64,000 bases of DNA, taken from a virus. The stretch is from the IMG/VR virus record IMGVR_UViG_3300028364_000018, positions 58,488 through 122,487 of that record; one strand, given 5' to 3'. Of the stretch, positions 55,269-64,000 are shown piece after piece. The position numbers were made by a program, and so were the translations under genes. Each line of letters opens with the position of its first letter. Position 1 is the stretch's first letter. A model generated the notes under the pieces. It saw only the letters and a program-made list of their open reading frames with translations, did not search any database and was not told where the DNA came from.

Positions 55269-57728
55269 TCAGCGCGTTTTTGACTTCAGAGCAGGCTCCT
55301 CAGGCTCCTCCCAAATACCGGGCTTAACGCCGGCCCCGTAGTAATTACAGATAAAGCGTTGGCCCTCCACTCCAGTTGTGATCATCTGCCCCTCCAGCAG
55401 AACGTCCCCGGCCAAATCCGTCAGTTCCATCACAAGGTCCTGAGTCCGGATCCCCACCTTCTTAGGTAGCTTCCGAAGATCGATAACCATCCGACCCCTG
55501 CGTATGTCCCAGAGAAAGAACCTTTCCACATCCTCAGCCTTCACCTGAGACAACACGCTTTCCAGCACCTCGTAAGGGCGTTGGCTCGCAGGCCAGTTAC
55601 TGAGGTCCGAGCACTTACGGACGATCTGTTGTCCCTCTTCGATCAGAGACGACTCGTAGCAGGCCCGCCGCGCAGGCTCCTGCACCCAACTCTCGCCCCG
55701 GGTCAAGGCCGGTACTGCCATACGCAGGAGGGCGTTAAGAGTCTGGGCCGCACGATCCAGCGTCTCGTATTTACCCCTGGCAAAACTCAGACCCTTATCA
55801 GTCAAAGCTACGATGGGGTTAGCCAAGTCCTTGAGCTGAGCATCCTTCATGCCCTTGGTATAGACCGGATAACCACGCACACCGCTGGTTTGTGTGTTCC
55901 TGGCGTTCTGTCCCCAACTTATGGGTTGAACCTGCCCTAACCCTCTAAACACCCGTTCGATAACACGAGTGTTCCAGCTGGTATGGAGCACACGGATAGG
56001 CTCCACAGCCCAGCTCTGATGCCAGCGCCCGACCAAGCCCAGGATCATCGCCACCAAGTCCGCCAAGTCCGGCGTTAGGTCCTGGTGAAGGTGCGGCTCC
56101 ACCAACCCAGACTGAAAGCACTGCAACTCCCGGGTATCCGGATGCCACGGTACTACCCCGTTATCCAACACACCCTCACCTACATAGAAGTCTGGGTGCC
56201 AGAAGTGATTGCGCAATCCGCTGAATCCCATGAAAGCCAGTCCGTACTGCTGTTCCAGATCCGCCAGGTTCTTCCTTGTCCAGTGTAGGAGTGGTCCGGC
56301 CTTGTCAGGCGCGAGCACCCTTGCTGGGCGAACGTCTGGTTTGTTCTCTGTGTTTAGTAGATGATCCGCCAGCTTCTTACCGGTCTCCAGCATATGCTCG
56401 GGAATGAGCAGCTGGCGCTCGCCCGCGCCCACATCGATCTTGAGGCGGATGTAGCTACCGACAGATTCCGGAAAGGACACACGAGATTCGGGTGTCCAGG
56501 TGAAGTTGGTCAGCGCCATGTTCTCCCCTGTGTCGCGGGCTCGACTGACGTAGCCGGAGGATGTCACGAGCACCTCAGACTTAGTGGTGCTAAAAAGACT
56601 ACCCTGCCCAAAACGCTGGTTAAGAACCTGTAGGGATTTGTATCTACCGAGGTTCTGCAGCATACTCTCCACCCGCCCTTTGAACTGTGGGTCTGGGCCT
56701 TGAGCCTCCAGGAGTTGTACGGCAGATACCGGAAGTTGATCGTTCACGGTCAGAGCCCGCAGTTCCTCCAGTACCACATCCAGCGTATTCTTATCCACCG
56801 TTAGCTGTGGGGAGAACAACTGATGGATGGTACGCATCTGCGGCCAGCCTCCGTTTTGAGACAGTACTCGCCCTATATTGGTCACGGCCTGCAGATCGTC
56901 TGTAAGTATCAGAGTCTGACGTCCTTCTCTGTAGGGAGTGGAGGAGCTGATGTCGGTCAAGGCCGCTGTACAGAACTGTCGCCCCTGCAGACCTGTGCAG
57001 GTCTTAGCCGCCTCCTCCGCGCCGGCAAACACCAACCAGGGCCTATCCGTATGCGCTCTCCATAGTCCGGTGTAGGATATGCTGTTTGTCGCGATACTTA
57101 TGAGCCGGGGGTTCGATCCGTCCGCCCTACGGACTACCAGCTTATCCCATGCGTGCGGGAGGTAAAAATAGGGAGTGACGATCCCCGCCTGTCCGGCTGG
57201 CCACTGCAGATCATGTCCCAGGACCTTCAGGGCCGACACCAACTCCTGCATACGCCGTGGTCCCAAGGGTATGAGCGTATGTCTATCTATTTTAAGGTCT
57301 ATCTCTTGGTTTTGGACGTAGCGCAGGGCCTTGGTGGTCGCCAGGCAGACTGTATGGGGATCGACGTCGGTCATGATGTCGAATACCTGTCGATAAGCTA
57401 TGTAGGTCTCCGCCAGTTGCTCGATCTCCCGGTACTCCGGTGCTTCTGTTAGGTGTAACACCCTCTGGCGTAGATACTGCAGTACCTCTGTGAAAGTCTG
57501 AATGGTGCTGACACCCCTAGTGCGCTTGTGCCACACGAGTAGCTCGACTGCACTCCCCGCATGAAAAGAGGAATGAGGAGAGTAGCATACGACGGAGGAT
57601 GGGCCGACACGCATCAAACCCGTGCCACCAAGCTCCACCTTATTGTCCACCACCGGGTATGATGGGAGGTCGATTAAGGCAGATGCAGGTGCTAACTCAA
57701 TATAGGGTCTGATACTTTCAAAGGTCAT
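55269..57728 (-). CDS. Large hypothetical protein, possibly a degenerate primase/DUF927-like protein
   Basis: 819-aa ORF with its own promoter; only weak resemblance to CHC2/TOPRIM/DUF927 segments. Confidence 0.4.
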   Translation of the reverse strand: MTFESIRPYIELAPASALIDLPSYPVVDNKVELGGTGLMRVGPSSVVCYSPHSSFHAGSAVELLVWHKRTRGVSTIQTFTEVLQYLRQRVLHLTEAPEYREIEQLAETYIAYRQVFDIMTDVDPHTVCLATTKALRYVQNQEIDLKIDRHTLIPLGPRRMQELVSALKVLGHDLQWPAGQAGIVTPYFYLPHAWDKLVVRRADGSNPRLISIATNSISYTGLWRAHTDRPWLVFAGAEEAAKTCTGLQGRQFCTAALTDISSSTPYREGRQTLILTDDLQAVTNIGRVLSQNGGWPQMRTIHQLFSPQLTVDKNTLDVVLEELRALTVNDQLPVSAVQLLEAQGPDPQFKGRVESMLQNLGRYKSLQVLNQRFGQGSLFSTTKSEVLVTSSGYVSRARDTGENMALTNFTWTPESRVSFPESVGSYIRLKIDVGAGERQLLIPEHMLETGKKLADHLLNTENKPDVRPARVLAPDKAGPLLHWTRKNLADLEQQYGLAFMGFSGLRNHFWHPDFYVGEGVLDNGVVPWHPDTRELQCFQSGLVEPHLHQDLTPDLADLVAMILGLVGRWHQSWAVEPIRVLHTSWNTRVIERVFRGLGQVQPISWGQNARNTQTSGVRGYPVYTKGMKDAQLKDLANPIVALTDKGLSFARGKYETLDRAAQTLNALLRMAVPALTRGESWVQEPARRACYESSLIEEGQQIVRKCSDLSNWPASQRPYEVLESVLSQVKAEDVERFFLWDIRRGRMVIDLRKLPKKVGIRTQDLVMELTDLAGDVLLEGQMITTGVEGQRFICNYYGAGVKPGIWEEPEEPALKSKTR

Positions 57729-57736
57729 TTGGTAGG

Positions 57737-57765
57737 ATCGTAGCAGAAAGACGTGGTTTACGCAA
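57737..57765 (-). promoter_or_regulatory. Sigma70-like promoter
   Basis: Minus strand TTGCGT-N17-TACGAT, 8 nt before ATG 57728. Confidence 0.6.
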
Positions 57766-57839
57766 GTTCGGCGTTGGTCCTAACTTAGGGTGTTTTTTAT
57801 GCAATAACAGAGGGTTCTGCGTTATATATACTTGAACCC

Positions 57840-58258
57840 CCTCAAAAGGATTCAAACAAGGGCGGACGCAACGCCTCTTAGACCCTTTCCACTAGAATGG
57901 TCTAAGCCTCAGAGGGATAAAGCCCCTGTACGGTATACATTGCGCGGACTCGACAGGTGGATGTCGGGGAGGCCACTCATTGAAGTGGTAGGTTGCTCAA
58001 AAGGCAACAAAGGTTCTGACGTTCACGTCGGGGACTCTTGGTGGGATACGTTGACCACCAGCTTTTGAATCGGCGGGGTTTCCCCGTCATCGCTCTCCAC
58101 CCAGGGAGCGTGCAGCGCACTAGCTACCTTTACTGGTAGCCTTCCCTGGACTTGTACGACCAGGGGTGAAATGGGTAGTACTATTCGGGAACCTCGGAAT
58201 TCCGGGCGTGCGTTCGCTGGTGGGTAGACCAGTGGACCACGCCCGGACACCCTTTTTT
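57840..58258 (+). ncRNA. Candidate structured ncRNA (unidentified)
   Basis: About 11 adjacent hairpins, ending in a 20-bp hairpin plus T6; no convincing ORF. Confidence 0.5.
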
Positions 58259-58298
58259 AACCGTAGAGCAGAGTAACCAACCAAACAAGGAAAGTAAG

Positions 58299-58496
58299 AT
58301 GAGTAAACGAAAAGTAAAGAAAGGCCCACTCCCCCACGAGGTAGACGCGGCTTTAAAGATGCTGGACCTAGTTGGTCCATTCGATGCTACGGATTTCGAG
58401 ATCCGTAAGCAAGCCCTTCTACGGAAGGGCGTACAGCTCCGCAATACGCGGGGGTGGAGTTGGACGGACTTTCAGCAGCAGGCCTCCGCCCGCTGA
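58299..58496 (+). CDS. Small basic hypothetical protein
   Basis: SD aagga; 65 aa. Confidence 0.55.
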   Translation: MSKRKVKKGPLPHEVDAALKMLDLVGPFDATDFEIRKQALLRKGVQLRNTRGWSWTDFQQQASAR

Positions 58497-58604
58497 AAAC
58501 CTATGCAGACAGGCCGGGGATATACCCAGCCTGTCTGCATGGGGGTACTACAGAAGTCGGGAATTCCCCACGCTTCTGTTTTAGCTACTAGCCCGATTTG
58601 AAGG

Positions 58605-58633
58605 TTGACAACCACGAACAAAACATGCAAGAT
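58605..58633 (+). promoter_or_regulatory. Sigma70-like promoter
   Basis: TTGACA-N17-CAAGAT, 9 nt before ATG 58643. Confidence 0.6.
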
Positions 58634-58642
58634 GCACACACT

Positions 58643-59716
58643 ATGAAGCTTCAAGACCAGATTCACGACCAGAACCCCACTCCCATTTTTTACTTAGAGG
58701 AGCAAGGGATACTCCCAGATTTCGCTAAGGACGCCAGTGCCCCTCCAGACGATCTGTCTGACGCGGGTTGGGCGATGCCCGACAAGCGGTTATTCCCCCT
58801 GCATGATAAGTCAGCGACTTACCGTAGTATCGCTTACTTCCACGGCAAAGGCCTATCCAACACCCACCCGGATGTCGCACAGCGTCTTAAACAGGCGGCA
58901 GAGTCCTATGACCTGGTAGAGCACCATGACGTGCTCCGAGACCTATTCCGGGCTCAAGTTAAACAAGCATCTGAGCCTGAAACGCTTTATGCTCTGGCTG
59001 TAAATATGGGGCAGTCCATGGGCGACCAACAGTTCTACCCTATGAATGATTCATTGGAGTTGGAGCTCAGCATGGACATGGTACGCAAAGATGCCTCTGA
59101 AGGACGCCTACCCCTGGAGCTCCAACGTGAGGCATCTCTTGCCCTGTGCAAGCGAGCTTCCGAACTTGGCTACGATCCGCAGGACATCCCGCTTGCTATC
59201 TCCAGCTTGGGCGTACCCCGTGTCCCCAACTACGATCATGCCGATTCGTGCGTCGGCCTCCGCAAACTAGCGGGTGTACCTACAGAAGCGCTGGACATGT
59301 ACCGGGAACTCGTGAAGGCCGCGCGCGCCGACGCAGAGAACATAGGGTCGATGCAGGAAGAGCAGGAGATGGTGGAGAAATACGCGGAGTTGATGTTAGA
59401 GCTCGACCGCAATTGCGGGATCCAGTCCTACGACAACAACGTGGTAGACCCCTACACGTCCTTCTTCTTTGGCACCCCTGTATCCGAGATCAAGACCGCC
59501 GCAGAACAAATGCTGTTCTTGGGTGATACCATGGTACCGATGTGCGCCCTGCAGGCCATCCCGGATCAGAAGCTGGATGTGCGGTTCAGTAAAGTAGCCT
59601 CTCAAGCCATTAAAAGTATGAAGGGTGGTAGCACCTACGACGCCAACCATGCAATTGGGTTGATGAACGAGGCGGATGTTCAGGAATTACTGGATCTGTC
59701 TATCCAATACGGCTAG
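58643..59716 (+). CDS. K-x-A-rich putative head protein
   Basis: 11 K-x-A sites; WAMPDKRLFPLHD motif. Confidence 0.55.
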   Translation: MKLQDQIHDQNPTPIFYLEEQGILPDFAKDASAPPDDLSDAGWAMPDKRLFPLHDKSATYRSIAYFHGKGLSNTHPDVAQRLKQAAESYDLVEHHDVLRDLFRAQVKQASEPETLYALAVNMGQSMGDQQFYPMNDSLELELSMDMVRKDASEGRLPLELQREASLALCKRASELGYDPQDIPLAISSLGVPRVPNYDHADSCVGLRKLAGVPTEALDMYRELVKAARADAENIGSMQEEQEMVEKYAELMLELDRNCGIQSYDNNVVDPYTSFFFGTPVSEIKTAAEQMLFLGDTMVPMCALQAIPDQKLDVRFSKVASQAIKSMKGGSTYDANHAIGLMNEADVQELLDLSIQYG

Positions 59717-59717
59717 A

Positions 59718-60293
59718 ATGGAATTTAACCGGCAATTCCGATTTGACCTACGTGAGGCCTCTGAGCTTATCCGCGATGAGAGCACCTACGGGTTGGTGCT
59801 GATAACTATCTTACTGGAGGCCTACGGAGAACAACTCTTTGAGGTAGACAGTATAGAACTCTACCTTGAGATCGAAGAAGACTTTAGAGCACTCATGTCG
59901 GAAGCTGGTGAGAACCGGGTTCAGGCGTGTTTGATATCTATGATGAGCGATGATTTCTACACAGACCCGCTGATACTACGGGCAGTGGCTATGGCCTTAT
60001 ACGAGGGCTCTCTGGGGGATTTGGTAAATGGGGTACTCGAACCCGTGGAAGTACCGGAAGTCCTCTGGGCGGTCTATGAGGTAGGCCTACTGCGGGATGA
60101 TGACGCCGAGTTCTCTCAATCTACGAAGAAGTGGCTGGAGGAACTGATGGAGAGTACGGCAGAGGAGTTGGACTTAGAAAGTGAGGATGAGGTTCTACCG
60201 TATTACGTACGAGCGTTGGAGCCGGAAAAAGCGGAGTTAAAACGGCAATTGGATTTGCTTGGGGTGGATAAGACGATTATTGATGAACTTTGA
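59718..60293 (+). CDS. Acidic hypothetical protein
   Basis: ATG two bases after the upstream TAG. Confidence 0.6.
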   Translation: MEFNRQFRFDLREASELIRDESTYGLVLITILLEAYGEQLFEVDSIELYLEIEEDFRALMSEAGENRVQACLISMMSDDFYTDPLILRAVAMALYEGSLGDLVNGVLEPVEVPEVLWAVYEVGLLRDDDAEFSQSTKKWLEELMESTAEELDLESEDEVLPYYVRALEPEKAELKRQLDLLGVDKTIIDEL

Positions 60294-60308
60294 ACAAAAG
60301 GAATTAAG

Positions 60309-60548
60309 ATGAATAGTGATCAGGTATTAACAGACGAGCACTTTAAATGTTTCGGTTACGAGCCTACTACGCACACAGGGGTGTTTGTTAAACAGGCGGC
60401 CTACGGTCAATCCGAGGTACACCGGAATGAGATCAGGGACGGGTCCGGTAACTACGATGGGTACATACTGACACAACCAGAGTCCAGGTTAATAAGAACT
60501 GTGGGTGACTTACTACACAGATCTGAAGGTAAAGGCTCGGGTAGATAA
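60309..60548 (+). CDS. Hypothetical protein
   Basis: SD aaggaa; 79 aa. Confidence 0.5.
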   Translation: MNSDQVLTDEHFKCFGYEPTTHTGVFVKQAAYGQSEVHRNEIRDGSGNYDGYILTQPESRLIRTVGDLLHRSEGKGSGR

Positions 60549-60575
60549 ACTTCTTTTACCTAACGCGTGGAAACC

Positions 60576-60734
60576 ATGAGCGAGTACCTAATAATATTTA
60601 AAGGGAGAGCCCCGTGCACCTGTGGCTCCAAAGCCCTGTTCTGGGGGTTAACAAAAGATCGGCGTCTTATCTACAGGTGTGAGGACCACAAGTGTCAAAT
60701 AGTACACCCACCACCTACAGACATACGCCGGTAA
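60576..60734 (+). CDS. Small Cys/His (Zn-ribbon-like) protein (not in ORF track)
   Basis: MSEYLIIFKGRAPCTCGSKALFWG..YRCEDHKC..*. Confidence 0.45.
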   Translation: MSEYLIIFKGRAPCTCGSKALFWGLTKDRRLIYRCEDHKCQIVHPPPTDIRR

Positions 60735-60744
60735 CCGTCAGAGG

Positions 60745-62610
60745 CTAACCCATGTAAGGATCTGGAACGTGTTGGATCGGGCTGTCAAAGTGTGTGAGTT
60801 TATTCTGCAACTCGCGTTGCAGGCCCTGATCCGGTACAAGCTGCTCACCCAACATTATCTTACCCAGCACAAACGCGAAGTTTGTGGCATGCAACGTATC
60901 GTCAGGCTGTTCCCCGGACCTTAAGTATCGGAAGGTGGTTGAACCCGTCGCGCTGTTCTCACTCTGAGTACGCGTCATGTTGAGGAAGTAACTTAAAAGG
61001 GTCTTGGCCTCCTCCCACTCATAACAACGAATACGACTTTCCTTTACAGCCATAAACAACTTGGTAATCGCTTCATTGCGGTTCAAGCTGAGTTGGTTGA
61101 ACATGTGGTCACCATGTGGTTCGGCGACCGCCGCACTGTTGGGTCCCACGTAGTTAAAGATAATATGACGGCTGGCGCTCAGAGCGCTGGACTCCCGTAG
61201 CAGCATGTTGTAGGCGGCTCCCGCTCCAAAGTCACTGGCAAGGGCGTTCCCACCCAGTCGTCGGTGATCCGCAAGGATGTGGCCTACAATCTCCCGGTAG
61301 CCCATACCAGAGTAACGGCGCATGTGAATGATATCGAACTTCCCGTCGTTGGTGATACCCAACATAACATGGACAGTATAACTCTCCTTGGTATGGGTAG
61401 CCCGATTGTAGTCCGACCCACCCCAGTCACAACCGCTGACAATATACTTGTAGTAACCCTGTGTTTTAGCCTTCTTCTGTACTACATCCTGTGTCCCAAG
61501 AGTGCAGATGCTGATGAGTTCCTGCTCAGTTAACTCCCGGGCACCCTGCTCGGTTGGTATACCCATAACTTCCTGTAAGAACTTGGGGGTGTCGTACTCG
61601 TTGTAGGCATCCCATATCTCCTTCCACTTGACTGGGTCGATTGTGAAGTCCGGTATGATTATCTGAGGGACGTGCAGGCTAGTATTGTATTGCTCGAACC
61701 GACCCTGCATCTCGTGGACAAAGAAGCCAGAACGCGGGTCCAACCTGACCCCGGTCCAGGGGCAGCACAGCCCCTTCTGCTGAATGGCCGCCATTATCTG
61801 CTTCTGGTTCCCGCAGTCCAGGTAACGAGGAGCCCCGGTCTTCGTCCGACCCGGACACCGGATGTGCCAGGTGCCTCTTGAGCCGTTCTGATAGTTGGAT
61901 TCCAAGAATGTATCAATCGTGAGTGACGTGCCGGCTACCAGAAATACAGGCCAATTACTGGCCTTCATCACCTGCTGAACCTCCGGCCAGAGTCCCCCAT
62001 CAAAGCTCTGGGCCTCGTCGATGCTTAGCCAGTCTGTGGTCTTACCACGAGTCTGCTCGGCGGAGGTATAGGCATACACCAGATCGAACACAGCGCCCGA
62101 TGGGTACTCCTTATAATACTGGTTTTGCTTAAACTCTACGGAGCTGACCTTGATCCGACAGTAGCGTTCGAGCTCCATGACCTTTCGGGCAAAAGTCTCC
62201 AACTGCTTATTATGAGGTGCCAAGTACATCATCCTCTTACCCAGAACATGAGCCACCACCAGCTTGAGAGCTGCCAAGGTCGTGGACTTCGCGGCCTGGC
62301 GCCCCGCCCTAACCACGGTCTTGGAACCGGGTACGACTGATGTCATGCTGAACCCAAAAGGGCGATTGAGTAGTGAGAGGGGTTGGCGTTTGTTGTCCCT
62401 ATCTATTATATAAGCCGGAAACATATAAGGAAAAAGCATTCCCAGATTATAGTTGCAAGCTTCAAGTAGTTTGTTCATACTACGAGCAAGATTACGACCA
62501 CCCCTGGGATCTCGTTCCAACACAGACACGCAGGCACCAAGCCTTGACAGAAGTTGTTGGAACTCCCGGTCGGTCTTCATCCTTTGATATAAATCCCAAT
62601 TCTGGCGCAT
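60745..62610 (-). CDS. terL: Terminase large subunit (GpA-like)
   Basis: Walker A RAGRQAAKST, TRG, Walker B IDEAQ, Cys-rich insert, nuclease motifs SGCDW, SDFG and QPDDTLHA. Confidence 0.9.
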   Translation of the reverse strand: MRQNWDLYQRMKTDREFQQLLSRLGACVSVLERDPRGGRNLARSMNKLLEACNYNLGMLFPYMFPAYIIDRDNKRQPLSLLNRPFGFSMTSVVPGSKTVVRAGRQAAKSTTLAALKLVVAHVLGKRMMYLAPHNKQLETFARKVMELERYCRIKVSSVEFKQNQYYKEYPSGAVFDLVYAYTSAEQTRGKTTDWLSIDEAQSFDGGLWPEVQQVMKASNWPVFLVAGTSLTIDTFLESNYQNGSRGTWHIRCPGRTKTGAPRYLDCGNQKQIMAAIQQKGLCCPWTGVRLDPRSGFFVHEMQGRFEQYNTSLHVPQIIIPDFTIDPVKWKEIWDAYNEYDTPKFLQEVMGIPTEQGARELTEQELISICTLGTQDVVQKKAKTQGYYKYIVSGCDWGGSDYNRATHTKESYTVHVMLGITNDGKFDIIHMRRYSGMGYREIVGHILADHRRLGGNALASDFGAGAAYNMLLRESSALSASRHIIFNYVGPNSAAVAEPHGDHMFNQLSLNRNEAITKLFMAVKESRIRCYEWEEAKTLLSYFLNMTRTQSENSATGSTTFRYLRSGEQPDDTLHATNFAFVLGKIMLGEQLVPDQGLQRELQNKLTHFDSPIQHVPDPYMG

Positions 62611-62704
62611 AATTTGAATAACTCCGCGAAAAACTTAGTAGAGGAACCGGCAAGTATCTTTCCGGTAGCTCGGCTGTACCTGAACCCTAACATGGATATT
62701 GTTG

Positions 62705-63271
62705 ATGACACAAGCGAAAACCAAACCGAAGATCAAGAAGAAAGCGAACACCCGGAGCTCGACGAGCGCTACAACTAAGACCCAACCCCTTGCGGTGGAG
62801 GACACCAACCAGGAGCTCATCAAGTCCTTGGAACTGGCCTTGGCCCTAGCCCGTGGTGTGAAGTCAGAGGGTCGGGCGAAGTCCGAATCCGAGCAGAGTG
62901 TGATAGAGACCTTACGCCAGCGTCTGGGCGACACCTCCTGCATTCTGCAGGTGAGTGTCCAGCTGTGGGGGCGTGACAAGGAGTTGTTTCACGTAACAGG
63001 ACTCCACGAGCTCCATTCAATCCTGAAAGAAAGTGCACTATCACAGGCACCCCAACGTTTCAACTATACCATACACGATTCGATAATGGGGCCATTGAGC
63101 TCAGATTTTATGGACCTAGTCAACAGCCTGCACAACAAGGAGCATATTTCGGACAACCTACGGGATGATATGGATGCTGTTCGGGACGACCGGGACCTTC
63201 CGGATGTACGGAGTGTAGACAACAGCACACCCTCGGTTATAACCGGGGGCTTGTCTGGGATCGATGATTAA
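62705..63271 (+). CDS. Hypothetical protein
   Basis: Lys-rich N-terminus; divergent from terL. Confidence 0.55.
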   Translation: MTQAKTKPKIKKKANTRSSTSATTKTQPLAVEDTNQELIKSLELALALARGVKSEGRAKSESEQSVIETLRQRLGDTSCILQVSVQLWGRDKELFHVTGLHELHSILKESALSQAPQRFNYTIHDSIMGPLSSDFMDLVNSLHNKEHISDNLRDDMDAVRDDRDLPDVRSVDNSTPSVITGGLSGIDD

Positions 63272-63352
63272 TTTTACCCAAGTTGGGTGTAAATGCGCTG
63301 GTTGTCCTCGTACCACCGTATTACCTATATAGAGGTCAAGGAGTTAAAACCC

Positions 63353-63532
63353 ATGGAAGAAATGAAGAAAGCACTAGAAGAAGCGGTTGTGGCACACGCC
63401 AACAACTCAAGGGGCGTCAGCGCAAATAGCGTCAACGTGTCGCTGGAAGCCATGCACCACTCGCAAGCCGCGCTTAACTGCGTGCAGGCGTACTGCGTCC
63501 TGGTTGAGATCGGACTAAGACAGCGAGAATAG
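63353..63532 (+). CDS. Small hypothetical phage protein
   Basis: SD aaggag; HSQAALNCVQA. Confidence 0.55.
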   Translation: MEEMKKALEEAVVAHANNSRGVSANSVNVSLEAMHHSQAALNCVQAYCVLVEIGLRQRE

Positions 63533-63554
63533 GATCGCAGAAGCGTAAACAACC

Positions 63555-63585
63555 AAAGGGGTGGGCGTGATGCCCTCCCCTTTTT
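63555..63585 (+). terminator. Rho-independent terminator
   Basis: AAAGGGGTGGGC-GTGAT-GCCCTCCCCTTTTT. Confidence 0.75.
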
Positions 63586-63600
63586 ATTTGAGGAAATGAT

Positions 63601-64000
63601 ATGAAACTAGTATTAATGTCAGATACACACGGAAAGAGGCCCCTCACTGTCCCCGACGGGGATGTACTGATTCATGCGGGCGACCTGTCTATGATGGGTA
63701 CCCTAGGTCAACTGCAGTCATCCATCAGATGGCTGGACAGCCTTCCACACAAACACAAGATTGTAATTGCCGGGAACCACGACTGGTTATTCCAGAAGGC
63801 TCCGAGCGTAGCCCGACAGTTGTTTGACCGGACAAGTATAACCTACCTTCAGGACGAGCAGGTGGATATAGATAGGGTGTTGTTCTACGGCAGCCCATGG
63901 CAGCCAGAGTTCTGTAACTGGGCGTTTAACCTACCGAGAGGTGGGGAAGGCCTGAGACGTAAGTGGGATGCCATCCCAAATGACGCGGACGTGGTGATCA
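63601..64000 (+). CDS. MPPED/239FB-like metallophosphoesterase (3' end outside window)
   Basis: SDTHG, GDVLIHAGD, IAGNHD, YLQDE, YGSPWQPEF. Confidence 0.9.
   Translation, partial: MKLVLMSDTHGKRPLTVPDGDVLIHAGDLSMMGTLGQLQSSIRWLDSLPHKHKIVIAGNHDWLFQKAPSVARQLFDRTSITYLQDEQVDIDRVLFYGSPWQPEFCNWAFNLPRGGEGLRRKWDAIPNDADVVI

Noticed and set aside
57940-58102. tmRNA-like fragments (GGACTCGACAGG; CTCCACCCA)
   Set aside because: No acceptor stem, T-arm or tag reading frame could be assembled.
58299-58496. J-domain resemblance
   Set aside because: No HPD motif.
62692-62778. Acidic 28-codon ORF overlapping the start of 62705, suggesting a frameshifted gene
   Set aside because: The 62705 frame has its own ATG and a plausible N-terminus; no slippery site.
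62705-63271. Small terminase call
   Set aside because: Only adjacency to terL supports it; no HTH or oligomerisation signature.
249-63552. Many antisense or overlapping ORFs and upstream-extended starts in the ORF track (e.g. 249, 3907, 8557, 29971, 42209, 46808, 58598, 59676, 63293)
   Set aside because: They are shadows of real genes; downstream ATGs at stop-start overlaps, SD sites or promoters fit better.
1-64000. CRISPR arrays, tRNA/rRNA genes, reverse transcriptase/DGR, integrase or transposase
   Set aside because: No spaced direct repeats, cloverleaf with a T-loop consensus, or catalytic motifs were seen by eye. tRNAscan and CRISPR finders were not run.
1-64000. Stop-codon reassignment (as in some large phages)
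   Set aside because: Long conserved genes are intact under the standard code, and TAA, TGA and TAG all end genes at coupled junctions.

Overview
A 64-kb segment of a large, probably jumbo, contractile-tailed dsDNA phage (about 55% GC by eye, standard genetic code, genes mostly on the + strand). Left to right it contains: tail-fibre and accessory genes; a lysis-like region; the C-terminal half of a split RNA polymerase beta-prime subunit carrying a mini-intein; a block of probable head-internal proteins; prohead protease, scaffold and major capsid; neck, sheath, tube, chaperones with a -1 frameshift site, tape measure and baseplate; a sigma factor; a tail fibre; a structured non-coding stretch; the large terminase; and a metallophosphoesterase. 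The most unusual signals are: (1) a twice-present lipoprotein + subtilisin-like protease + DUF1353 module next to a holin-like gene, with no recognisable muralytic endolysin in the window; (2) a family of unrelated cargo proteins sharing an N-terminal MNNxEKLxAAQLL..K(E/Q/S)A leader, with strong K-x-A enrichment in head proteins; (3) a stand-alone terminase nuclease-domain paralog lacking the C-terminal Asp pair; (4) a roughly 400-nt hairpin-dense candidate ncRNA; (5) repeated sigma70-like promoters placed for leaderless transcripts. All family assignments come from motifs recognised by eye; no database searches were run.
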